NCBI GenBank assembly: GCA_021513715.1
Contig: CP084167.1
Location: 2,144,001-2,208,000, forward strand
DNA from: Candidatus Heimdallarchaeum endolithica
Lineage (GTDB): Archaea; Asgardarchaeota; Heimdallarchaeia; Heimdallarchaeales; Heimdallarchaeaceae
Length of the DNA: 64,000 nucleotides
Direction of reading: 5' to 3'
The notes below the pieces were generated by a model. It searched no databases. It was not told the origin of the DNA and worked only from the letters and a program-made list of their open reading frames with translations. The position numbers and the translations under genes are program-made. This document shows, piece after piece, positions 1 through 9,158 of this stretch. How positions within the stretch are numbered: the stretch's first letter is position 1; every line of letters begins with the position of its first letter.

Positions 1-370
1 TTCCTTTGTAGTGTCCATCTAACCGATAAGTCAATTGTCCAAGTAAGATTGAATAGTTAAATATTACAACTTTCTCCGATTCTATAGTGAGATTAATCGA
101 ACGATCAAAAGACATATCTAAAATCCCTTTACCTATTTCATACCGAATGATCTCTGAAGCATTTTCAGGGGAATTAATCAATTTTTTAATTGAACCATCA
201 ATATTCATAAATGTGTTTTCAGCTGCTACAAAATCAGAACTTGCTTGAAATTTTTCAACAGAAGGGATTACTTGTGAAAATGCTAAAGTTATTGCAGAAA
301 GCATAACTACGAAGATTACAAGTGTTGCAATAATATTACTAGCACCACGTTTTTTCGTTTTTAATCTCAA
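1..370 (-). CDS. Type IV pilin/archaellin-like protein with class III signal peptide (runs off the window edge)
   Basis: Not in the ORF track. Read manually from TTG at 370, preceded by a GGTGA SD: MRLKTKKRG|ASNIIATLVIFVVMLSAITLAFSQVIPS..., open to base 1. Basic residues + G followed by a hydrophobic helix fits the PibD cleavage pattern. Confidence 0.7.
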   Translation of the reverse strand, partial: MRLKTKKRGASNIIATLVIFVVMLSAITLAFSQVIPSVEKFQASSDFVAAENTFMNIDGSIKKLINSPENASEIIRYEIGKGILDMSFDRSINLTIESEKVVIFNYSILLGQLTYRLDGHYKG

Positions 371-506
371 AAAGATTCACCTAATTCATTTCTTTTTTTA
401 TAATATTTTAATTTTTGGTGTTTATAGTTTTTATTATACCCATTTAAGTTGGTAAAATTTAAATCTGCAAAAATACAGAAAATTCTGGATTTTAAATAAT
501 ATAATA

Positions 507-1454
507 ATGTTAACAAAAATAATGAATAATAGTATTTACATTCCTAAAGGAACCTTTTTTGAACCAGGAAAAACAGTAAAGGAATTTGTTGGGGTAATAA
601 GATCATTTACAATTCAAGAATGGGGAATTGAAGGAAAAGCAGTAAGAGATAACGAACATTACAAGTTTAGAATAAAAAGAAATGTAGACATTAAGGACTT
701 TATTTGCTCTGGTCTGACAATCAAAATCATTAACGGTTTTTGTGTTAAAAATAGAAAGAGAGAACTAATAATTACAGATGGAAAATTTGGCGAAGTGATT
801 CTTCTGTTTGATTTAGAAAATTATTTTTTTAGAGACTTAAATGAAAGAAAAACTGAAACAATTACAGGGATAATTAGAGATATAAAATATAGTAACAAAA
901 ATAAGACAATAACTATTGAACATGGTCTTTTTAGAGATAAAAATTACATAATTGAGATTAATGAACAAATCAAATTATCTTTAGAAAAAAAATATTATCT
1001 AGGAAAAACAGTTAAAATTAAATTTATTAGGGAAAAATCAAAAAAAATTTGCACAAAACTTGAAATTCTCCAAAATGATGACATTTTTTACAAAATAATA
1101 AATGCAGACAAAAATCCAAGTGATCTCATATTTTTAATTCCGTTTATATCAAAGCAACAGGAGTTAATGAAAGATATAATAGGAGAACTTATTGGAGAAT
1201 TGGTGCTACTAAAAGGAACATTGTCTAGAATTAACAGACAAATATTTGAAGATATAATTTATGATAAAATCAACAATGGAAAATTAAAACCTCTCTGTGT
1301 GATGTTTCTACCTGATTATTTCTTTGTCAAATATTTCGAAAAAATGGTTAATTTCATTCGCAAGTTACGAGAAAATCATTCTATTTTTAACTCCATTGAA
1401 GATATATTAAATTTGATAAAATATTATTATCCACCTCTTGAGATAAATATCTAA
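507..1454 (+). CDS. Hypothetical protein, possibly OB-fold-containing
   Basis: 315-aa ORF with beta-rich segments (FVGVIRS, ITGIIRDIKY); no recognisable catalytic motif. Confidence 0.6.
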   Translation: MLTKIMNNSIYIPKGTFFEPGKTVKEFVGVIRSFTIQEWGIEGKAVRDNEHYKFRIKRNVDIKDFICSGLTIKIINGFCVKNRKRELIITDGKFGEVILLFDLENYFFRDLNERKTETITGIIRDIKYSNKNKTITIEHGLFRDKNYIIEINEQIKLSLEKKYYLGKTVKIKFIREKSKKICTKLEILQNDDIFYKIINADKNPSDLIFLIPFISKQQELMKDIIGELIGELVLLKGTLSRINRQIFEDIIYDKINNGKLKPLCVMFLPDYFFVKYFEKMVNFIRKLRENHSIFNSIEDILNLIKYYYPPLEINI

Positions 1455-1516
1455 TATTTAGATATTAGCTTGTCCAACAACAAAAACAAAATAAGATAAT
1501 AAAAAGCGCATTAAAT

Positions 1517-1831
1517 CTAACTGCGTTCAAGAGCAATTTCGATATGAACATCTTCAGGAACATGAATACGCATTAACAATCTCATACTTTTCTCTTCAGC
1601 ATCCATATCGATTATTCTCTTGTGTAACTTCAATTCAAAATGATCATATGTACTAGTTCCATTTCCACAAGGACTTTTTCTTACCGGTAAAACAATTCTT
1701 TTTGATGGTAAAGGAATCGGTCCTCTGATTCTTACACCTGTTCTTTCAGCAATTTTTTGAATTTGATTACATATTCTTTGAAGACTTTGTGGATTATTCC
1801 CTATTAAGCGAATTCTTGCTCTTTGTGTCAT
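1517..1831 (-). CDS. rps10: 30S ribosomal protein uS10
   Basis: ARIRL, GPIPLP, RKSPCGNG, HKRIID motifs of archaeal S10. Confidence 0.98.
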   Translation of the reverse strand: MTQRARIRLIGNNPQSLQRICNQIQKIAERTGVRIRGPIPLPSKRIVLPVRKSPCGNGTSTYDHFELKLHKRIIDMDAEEKSMRLLMRIHVPEDVHIEIALERS

Positions 1832-1907
1832 TGCTACACCTTATCCATAGGAAAGAAAAAAGGAGGTTTTAAATAATTATCGTTATTTGTTTTATTACAT
1901 TAAACGA

Positions 1908-2306
1908 TTATGTACGGTGTTCGATTACTGATTCAAGTCTTTTTATTCGCTCTTCTAGGGTAGACAATTTATTTTTGATCTGTTCTAGAACTTGTTCAAC
2001 TTCGGAAAGCCCACTATCTTGCACAGGAGAGGAAGTTGATGAGGTTTCTTGTATAAGAATTCTCGCTTGATGAACTATGTCCTTTACTATTTGATCAACA
2101 AGAAAGTCTCCAAGATACAAGTCAACTTCAGACATAACCGTTCGAATATTATCACGAATTCCTCTTTCACTTAAATCTTTAACAACTGTCTGGGCTTCAA
2201 CAGTATCACCCAATCTCAATTGTACCATCCATTGCCCTTGGACGTTTGCTAATGCACAAACATATCTAGTAGTTGGAATTTTTGTTTCATAAGCCATTAT
2301 ACTCAA
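1908..2306 (-). CDS. Hypothetical protein with C-terminal coiled coil (start may be at MAYETK)
   Basis: 132-aa ORF co-oriented upstream of rps10; heptad pattern LEQIKNKLSTLEERIKRLE. Confidence 0.75.
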   Translation of the reverse strand: MSIMAYETKIPTTRYVCALANVQGQWMVQLRLGDTVEAQTVVKDLSERGIRDNIRTVMSEVDLYLGDFLVDQIVKDIVHQARILIQETSSTSSPVQDSGLSEVEQVLEQIKNKLSTLEERIKRLESVIEHRT

Positions 2307-2524
2307 CCCATAAATACTCTAAATTATAATAAACCTTACTAATTATTAATTGTTACCTAGTCGTTAGTTATTAATGTTTGCTTAAAGTCAACGCATTTAC
2401 AATAGTTTACTGTGTAAAGACGTGTTAAACGTTTAATTTCAACATTTTTTTAAAAAATGTACAATAACATTCGAGCTAACAAATGTAAACAAAAATTATA
2501 TTCATACATTATAAATTACTGACA

Positions 2525-3847
2525 ATGAGTGAAGTAGTTATTCAATGTAAATACATAATTTCTGGAGAAGAATGCAATAAAATAATAAAAAACGGATCTA
2601 TTATAATTGAGGACAACAAAATTATTAATGTAGGAAAAATTGATGAAATGAAGAAATATGTTACGGGGCATGACAAAATTGAAAGAATGAATCATGTTGC
2701 AATTCCTGCTTTTATCAACGCACATACTCACTTACCTGAAACTCTTCTTCGTGGAATTTGTGATAGCAGTAAACTAATAGAGTGGTTATATGATTATGTA
2801 TGGCCTTTTGAATCTCATATGACTGCAGAAGATGCATATTACGGAGCCAGCCTAGGAGCATTAGAATTAATTGAATCAGGTGTTGCAGGATTTATTGATC
2901 AATATTTTTTTGTTGAAAGTATTGAAAAAGTTGTAAAAGAATCTAAACTTCGGGCCTTATTATGTCCATCTCTCTTCGATGGAACTCCAGAAACAGGAAG
3001 CATCGAGGACACATGGAATCATATCAAAAAATTCTTGCATTCAAGAAATAATATCATAAAAGAAAAAGATTCGTTGTTAAAATATGGTATTGGCCCTCAT
3101 GCACCATACACTGTCCCCAAAGAGTATTTACTAAAAGTATCCGAAATTGCAGAAAAATATAACATTCCAATACACATACACATAAGTGAAACTGAAAAAG
3201 AAGTTTCTGATTTCAGAAAACAGCATCAACTAACACCACTTGAATATTTAGAAAATCTGAGTTTACTAAAAAATAAAATACTAGCTGCTCATTGTGTATA
3301 TCCATCAGGAAGAGATTATGAAATTATGAAAAAATATAAGGTTACAGTTCTCCATAATCCACAATCAAACCTGAAGTTATCTAGTGGTATCGCTCCAGTT
3401 TTTAAATACATAGAAAAAAACATTGATGTTGTGGTAGGTACTGATGGAAACGCATCAAATAACAATTTGGATGTTTTAGAGGAGGTAAGAACTGCAGCTT
3501 TATTACAAAAATTCTTAGCTAAAGATCCAACAGTTCTTCAGAATTATACAGCTCTTAAAATAGGAACAACAGCTGGATCAAAAATTTTTGGGTTAGAGAA
3601 AGCAGGTATAATCGAAAATGCAATCGCTGACATCACTTTATTTTCGCTTAGCGGTGCTCATTCTTGGCCTCAAAATGACATAATTTCAAACGTTCTTTAC
3701 TCTGCCTCTAGTGGAGATGTTAATGACCTTATTGTAAATGGTAAATTTCTTTATTTGAATCGTGAACACCAAACATTAAACAAAGAAAGAATTATTGAAA
3801 AAAGTACAAAAATAGCGGAAAGAATTCTATGTGAAATGAGAAAATAA
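2525..3847 (+). CDS. mtaD: Amidohydrolase, 5-methylthioadenosine/S-adenosylhomocysteine deaminase-like
   Basis: PAFINAHTH, GPHAPYT, HIHISET, AHCV, GTDGNASNN metal-binding motifs. Confidence 0.85.
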   Translation: MSEVVIQCKYIISGEECNKIIKNGSIIIEDNKIINVGKIDEMKKYVTGHDKIERMNHVAIPAFINAHTHLPETLLRGICDSSKLIEWLYDYVWPFESHMTAEDAYYGASLGALELIESGVAGFIDQYFFVESIEKVVKESKLRALLCPSLFDGTPETGSIEDTWNHIKKFLHSRNNIIKEKDSLLKYGIGPHAPYTVPKEYLLKVSEIAEKYNIPIHIHISETEKEVSDFRKQHQLTPLEYLENLSLLKNKILAAHCVYPSGRDYEIMKKYKVTVLHNPQSNLKLSSGIAPVFKYIEKNIDVVVGTDGNASNNNLDVLEEVRTAALLQKFLAKDPTVLQNYTALKIGTTAGSKIFGLEKAGIIENAIADITLFSLSGAHSWPQNDIISNVLYSASSGDVNDLIVNGKFLYLNREHQTLNKERIIEKSTKIAERILCEMRK

Positions 3848-3873
3848 AAAAATACTCTCATAAATTATTTAAT

Positions 3874-3934
3874 GTGGCTATGATGTATCTAGCCCTTGAC
3901 TGATTAGTGATGAGGATCTTGAGTGCTGAGCCAC
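3874..3934 (+). ncRNA. Box C/D guide sRNA
   Basis: Terminal stem GTGGCT/AGCCAC; C box ATGATGT 3880-3886; D' CTGA 3900-3903; C' GTGATGA 3907-3913; D CTGA 3926-3929; guides of 13 and 12 nt. Confidence 0.85.
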
Positions 3935-5928
3935 TATTCTTTTATTTTTCTATAGCCAGATACATCAAGTTGCCAAAATGCAAAGCCTTCAGAAGCTTTC
4001 CTTAATTCATTTGCCAATGAAAGAGAAGATCGCACAGTTATAACCCCATAAATGATCATTTTCGAAGAGATTTGCTCTGTTTTCTCCACTTCTCCACCAA
4101 ATTTCTGAAAAACAGAGAGCACAGCACCAAGATAGTCAAGTGGAGTCGTTATAGTGATCGTGTAGATTGGTTCATAAATAAAAATAGAATTAGATATGGC
4201 CTCATGTATTATTTTCTTAACTGCAGGAACAATAATTTCATATCGAAAAGCATCCTGTTCAAGTATATCTATTTTTTTGATTATAACAGTCAAATTTCTA
4301 ATAGGATTGGAAGATTTAACCCCTAATTTTATAGCATTTTTAAAACCAATAATTAATAGATCAATATGTTCGTTTTTTATTGATGTATCTTCAACAACCA
4401 AAAAATTATTTTTTTTGTCTTTAAATACAACAGTATCGCCAGATATTTTTACTTTATTTGTAGGAGAGCACTTTATACTTAATTCTACTTTACCTAACGA
4501 ATCAATTGACTTATGTTCAATTTTCTTATCTATTTGTTCTACTAATGCTACTTCTGGATTTGAAAGTTCTATATGCAAACCTGTCTTCATAATATCTTTA
4601 AGAATTATTTCTAATTGCAGCTCACCAATCCCATAAACTTTAATTTCTCCTGTATTTTCGTCTATAATATATGAGAAGTTGGGCTTGATTAAAGATAGAA
4701 TTTCAAGTTCTTCTTGCAATTTCGGAATATCACTAATATTCTTTGGTTCAATTCGTATTGTAATTACTGGTTCTTGTAAATAAGATATTTGTTTAAACTC
4801 AATCATTTGCTCGATATTTAAATCTTCAACCAACACATCGCCAATCTGTATTTCTTTCATTCCGATAAGTGTAGCTATGTTTCCTGCTTCAACTTCCTTC
4901 ACAGTAATAAGTGAAGGACCTTTATACAAACAAACTTGGTGTATTCGAACTTCTTTCTTGTTTCTAGTATTTATTAGAATCGAACCTTTTCTCAGAACGC
5001 CAGAAAATAATCTTCCAATTGCTATTATTCCTCTATTTTTATCATAGAGTAATTTACCTATACAAATGATTGTATTTCCATTATTATCACACTTTTCAAT
5101 TGAGGTCTTATCTTGATTTGATATAGATTCAATAATGTTCGTAATTCGAGCTTTTTGCGCAATAAGGGGAGAAGGAATAGAATTTACTATTGCAGGCATT
5201 AAAGCACTAATTAGTGAATTTTCTTTTTTTAATTTTTTCACATTATTTTCTTTATGCAAACTAATGATTGTAGAAAACTTTGGTATTTGTTCAGAGTACT
5301 TTGACAGAGCCCAACCATATAATGCAGAACCTATTATAACAGTCCCATCAGAAAAACTAACTTTTCTCTGAATATTATTGTTGTAAGAATATTGTAAAAT
5401 CAATTCATTAACAAACTGTATAATTGTATTTAATTTACTTTCAATAGTTTTTTCGTCAAGCTTAAGTTCATTTATCAATCTATCAACTTTATTTATAAAG
5501 AGAATTGGCTTTAATCCCTCTTCTATTGATTGTTTAATTACAGAATGTGTTTGTGCCATTACCCCTTCTACAGCATCAACAACAATAATTACTCCATCAA
5601 CTAGTCTTATTGCTTGAGCAACTAATCCTGAAAAATCGACATGACCAGGTGTATCAACAAGATTGATTAAATAATCTGTTTCTTTATGCTTATAAATGAA
5701 AGAAATATTAGCTGTTTTTATAGTAATTCCACGTTGTTGTTCTTCTTCAAGATAATCTAAAACACGTGCAGAACCAGCGAGAGATTGGGATATTAATCCT
5801 CCAGCTTGAAGAAGATAATCAGAAAGAGTGGTTTTACCATGATCTACATGACTTACGATACATATGTTCCGTATTAATTCTTTATTTTTCATGTGGTTAA
5901 CTATAGTAGCTGCGTAATCACTCATCAA
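3934..5928 (-). CDS. Elongation factor 2 paralogue (aEF-2p-like) lacking the diphthamide His
   Basis: SHVDHGKTT, RGITI, DTPGHVDF and NKVD GTPase motifs plus EF-2 domains; the domain IV loop reads EQDAFRYEIIVPA instead of the HRG motif. Confidence 0.85.
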   Translation of the reverse strand: MMSDYAATIVNHMKNKELIRNICIVSHVDHGKTTLSDYLLQAGGLISQSLAGSARVLDYLEEEQQRGITIKTANISFIYKHKETDYLINLVDTPGHVDFSGLVAQAIRLVDGVIIVVDAVEGVMAQTHSVIKQSIEEGLKPILFINKVDRLINELKLDEKTIESKLNTIIQFVNELILQYSYNNNIQRKVSFSDGTVIIGSALYGWALSKYSEQIPKFSTIISLHKENNVKKLKKENSLISALMPAIVNSIPSPLIAQKARITNIIESISNQDKTSIEKCDNNGNTIICIGKLLYDKNRGIIAIGRLFSGVLRKGSILINTRNKKEVRIHQVCLYKGPSLITVKEVEAGNIATLIGMKEIQIGDVLVEDLNIEQMIEFKQISYLQEPVITIRIEPKNISDIPKLQEELEILSLIKPNFSYIIDENTGEIKVYGIGELQLEIILKDIMKTGLHIELSNPEVALVEQIDKKIEHKSIDSLGKVELSIKCSPTNKVKISGDTVVFKDKKNNFLVVEDTSIKNEHIDLLIIGFKNAIKLGVKSSNPIRNLTVIIKKIDILEQDAFRYEIIVPAVKKIIHEAISNSIFIYEPIYTITITTPLDYLGAVLSVFQKFGGEVEKTEQISSKMIIYGVITVRSSLSLANELRKASEGFAFWQLDVSGYRKIKE

Positions 5929-6057
5929 TTATTGTTCTATACAATCTTTTTAAAGTTTAATAAAAGAGATTAGAAAGAGAGAAAAATAAAAGTCGAAGAA
6001 TCTATTAGTAGTTAATTAGAGGAGAAGAAGAAAGAAGGATGATAATTAAGAAAAAAA

Positions 6058-7275
6058 TCAAACTGAATTTTCCTCAAAAACTTTTGAAAGTCTAAAATCT
6101 TTTTCTAAAATCTCTTTGACTTGTGCCTTGGGAATAGTAAGATTAATTCTTTTTGAACGCCCATATCGACCTTTACTTATTACTCTAGCTGTCACAAGAC
6201 CTAGCATATCTAATTCATTAATTAAATCACTAACTCTTCTAGGAGTTAAACGATCTAAACGTATTAGTTTACAAATCGAAGAATAAATATCATAAACATC
6301 GCCTGTATTTAGTTCCTCACTTTTACTTTCACCTATAAATATAGCTTGTAAGACAGCTTTTGTCTGAATAGGTAATGAACTCAATACTTCAACAACTGTA
6401 TTTCTTTCTATAACTTGTTGAGCTTTTCTTACATGTAACTCTGTTACCTTTTCAGCTCCTTCTCGTTCAGCTAATTCTGCAGCAACACGTAGAAGATCTA
6501 TTGACCGTCTAGCATCTCCATGCTGTTGAGCTCCAATTGCAGCACATAAGTTCAAAACACCAAATTCTAAAGCGTCTTTGTTTAACGCTTTTTCTACTCT
6601 TTGATTCAAAATATCTTTTAATTGTTCAGCAGTATATGGTGAAAAAACGATTTCTTCTTCACTTAAACTGCTACGTATCCTAGGATCCAAAGTTTCTTTG
6701 AAATTCACATCGTTCGTGATACCTATTATCCCAATTTTTGATTGAACCAATTCACTATTTAATCTAGTAAGGATGTATAATGATTCAGTACTCTTTCTAT
6801 ACAAGGAATCAACTTCATCTAATACAATAATATGAAGAGTTTTTAATTCATCTAGCCCCTCTTTAAATTTTTGATAAACAATATCAAAATGAAGACCTGT
6901 AAATGGAACATCAACTGCTATATCATCACACAACTGAGCAAATACGCGATACTTTGTGTCAATATGTTGGCAATTAAAAAATGAAAAACTAAACTCTATT
7001 TCTCGTTCATCAGCCTTTTTTTTCAACTTTTTTAAAACATATTTCGTAACAGCTGTTTTTCCTGTTCCAGTTGTACCATAAATAAAGATATTAGAGGGTG
7101 AACCCCCTCTTAAAGCAGGTCCCAATATTTTTGCCATCTCTTCAAATTTATCTTCTCTATGCGGAAGATATTCAGGAACATAATTAGGACTAAGTATCTC
7201 ACGATTTATAAATATTGGATTATCTTCGTCTAAATATTTGTCAAATATACTGTCTATATTGGAATGCTCATCCAT
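6058..7275 (-). CDS. cdc6: Orc1/Cdc6 replication initiator
   Basis: YVPEYLPHRE, Walker A GTTGTGKT, LDEVD, GDARR, C-terminal winged helix with SKGRYGR. Confidence 0.97.
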   Translation of the reverse strand: MDEHSNIDSIFDKYLDEDNPIFINREILSPNYVPEYLPHREDKFEEMAKILGPALRGGSPSNIFIYGTTGTGKTAVTKYVLKKLKKKADEREIEFSFSFFNCQHIDTKYRVFAQLCDDIAVDVPFTGLHFDIVYQKFKEGLDELKTLHIIVLDEVDSLYRKSTESLYILTRLNSELVQSKIGIIGITNDVNFKETLDPRIRSSLSEEEIVFSPYTAEQLKDILNQRVEKALNKDALEFGVLNLCAAIGAQQHGDARRSIDLLRVAAELAEREGAEKVTELHVRKAQQVIERNTVVEVLSSLPIQTKAVLQAIFIGESKSEELNTGDVYDIYSSICKLIRLDRLTPRRVSDLINELDMLGLVTARVISKGRYGRSKRINLTIPKAQVKEILEKDFRLSKVFEENSV

Positions 7276-7441
7276 TCTTTTTTCTCCTTAAATTAATAAC
7301 TAAAGTCTATACACTTTTATGAACTTCTTAGTATGTTACAACATTACGACTTTAACTTTGTCGATAATTAACGAATCGAACAAATTAGTAAATAGTGAAT
7401 ACTATTGTGAATATATTATATTAATTAATAATATCAAGATT

Positions 7442-7756
7442 TTATGCAAGTTTGAATAGAATTTTAGGTCTTCCTCTAGTTTTTCTTGGAACTGATTCTT
7501 TTTTGACATATCCTTCATCAATTAAGCGAGCTAGATTATCATAAAGTGTTGTCCTGGGAATATGTGTTAGTTCTACTAATTCGTCTCTTGTTAAAGGACC
7601 TTTTTCAGATAATATGTTAAGTATTAGATCATCTATGCTTATTTTTTTTCTATAATTTTCTGAGTAAACATATAGTCTTCTTCTTCCTACTACAATACCA
7701 TCAAAACTAGTTTTTTCTTTTATTTCTCTTTTTAGCAAACCTTTTTCTTCATTCAT
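7442..7756 (-). CDS. TrmB-like winged-helix DNA-binding protein
   Basis: GPLTRDELVELTHIPRTTLYDNLARL...GRPKILF. Confidence 0.85.
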   Translation of the reverse strand: MNEEKGLLKREIKEKTSFDGIVVGRRRLYVYSENYRKKISIDDLILNILSEKGPLTRDELVELTHIPRTTLYDNLARLIDEGYVKKESVPRKTRGRPKILFKLA

Positions 7757-7872
7757 AGCATCACTACTTTGAAATATTATATTTTCAATGAATATTTATA
7801 TATCGATAATATCCAGAAAGTATGTTAATATTATTAAGAGATTTTAAAGAATTTAATATTTAAAGCTAAATT

Positions 7873-8226
7873 ATGTCACCGATTGATAATATTCTAGAGC
7901 AGCTAATTGAGGAAAGTAGAGAGTTAGAGAAAAAAATTGCCACACTATCAAGAAAACCATATATTATAGGTTTTATATCTAAAAAATATATAAAATGTGG
8001 AAAAAAAAATTGTAAATGCCAAAAAAACAAAAATTACTACCACGGGCCATATTATTATTTACGTAAAGAACCAGATTACAAGTATAGAACTTATTTAGGA
8101 AAAACAATTCCAGAAAACATTGAAGAAGAGATAAAAACAGGTTTATTACTTAAAGAAGCAATAGAAAGAAAAAGAAAGATAGACCAAACAATAAAAAAGA
8201 TATCTAACCTCCTTGTTAAGAAATAA
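7873..8226 (+). CDS. DUF6788-like small Cys/His protein
   Basis: KCGKKNCKC...HGPYYY...YLG signature. Confidence 0.75.
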   Translation: MSPIDNILEQLIEESRELEKKIATLSRKPYIIGFISKKYIKCGKKNCKCQKNKNYYHGPYYYLRKEPDYKYRTYLGKTIPENIEEEIKTGLLLKEAIERKRKIDQTIKKISNLLVKK

Positions 8227-8294
8227 ATAGTTTTTTAACTACTTTGTTTATAACCATTTATAATCTGTTATTATTAACTGTAAATGTGTTATAA

Positions 8295-9158
8295 ATGAGC
8301 GATGTAATTATCAAATTAACTGAAGTTAAAAAAATATTCCAATTATTTTGGGAAGATCTAGTTGTTTTTGAAAATGTAAATTTGGAAATAAAAAGAGATG
8401 AAATTGTTTTATTCTACGGACCTAGTGGAAGCGGAAAAACAACATTATTAAACATAATAACAGGATTAATTGAACCAACTGAAGGAGATGTTGAAATTTG
8501 TGGATTATATTATGATCAAATGAATAAACAAGAGAAAAATGATTTTCGTGCAGAAAACTTTGGTATTGTTTTTCAAGATAATAATCTCATTTCAACATTA
8601 ACAGCCGAAGAAAATTTATTGTTTTTTCAAGAAATGTTAGGAGGAATAGAAAATTCAGATGAAAAAAGAATTGAAAATTGGTTAAAAAAATTTGGTTTAG
8701 AAAACAGGAGAAAAAGTTTTCCTGAACAACTAAGTGGTGGAGAAAAAAAGAGATTAGGAATAATTAGAGCTCTAATCAACAACCCACATATTTTAGTGTT
8801 GGACGAACCTACTGGTAACTTAGATGATGAGACAAGAGATCAAATTTGTGAAATTATTAAAGATATTTTCCAAAAAACAGATATTACAATTGTAATTTCA
8901 TCGCATGATCCTAAACTTAGAAATATTGCATCAAAGATATATAAAATTGAGAAAAAGAAAGTTTCATTAGAAATAGAGTTTCCTGAAAGGAAAAAAGAAG
9001 ATAAAATAATTTATAGACCAATTAAGAGCATAGAAAAATGGGAAAAAATAGAAATAGAAGAAGAATTAGAAAGATATGATATTTTTGAAGAGTTTTTTGA
9101 GCAGGGTATTTATGAAGATAAAGAAAATTATGAAAAAAGGAATGAAAAGACAAAATGA
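8295..9158 (+). CDS. ABC transporter ATP-binding protein (LolD/MacB-type)
   Basis: GPSGSGKT, LSGGE, LDEPTGNLD, SHD. Confidence 0.93.
   Translation: MSDVIIKLTEVKKIFQLFWEDLVVFENVNLEIKRDEIVLFYGPSGSGKTTLLNIITGLIEPTEGDVEICGLYYDQMNKQEKNDFRAENFGIVFQDNNLISTLTAEENLLFFQEMLGGIENSDEKRIENWLKKFGLENRRKSFPEQLSGGEKKRLGIIRALINNPHILVLDEPTGNLDDETRDQICEIIKDIFQKTDITIVISSHDPKLRNIASKIYKIEKKKVSLEIEFPERKKEDKIIYRPIKSIEKWEKIEIEEELERYDIFEEFFEQGIYEDKENYEKRNEKTK

Noticed and set aside
4072-5371. Antisense ORFs inside the EF-2 paralogue (likewise within nadE, ppdK, polC, rpa, aglB, tuf and the IbrB-like gene)
   Set aside because: Shadow ORFs opposite well-supported genes, with Phe/Ser/Ile-rich composition caused by the A-rich coding strand.
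7276-7441. Replication origin adjacent to cdc6
   Set aside because: AT-rich, but no ORB or mini-ORB could be found on either strand.
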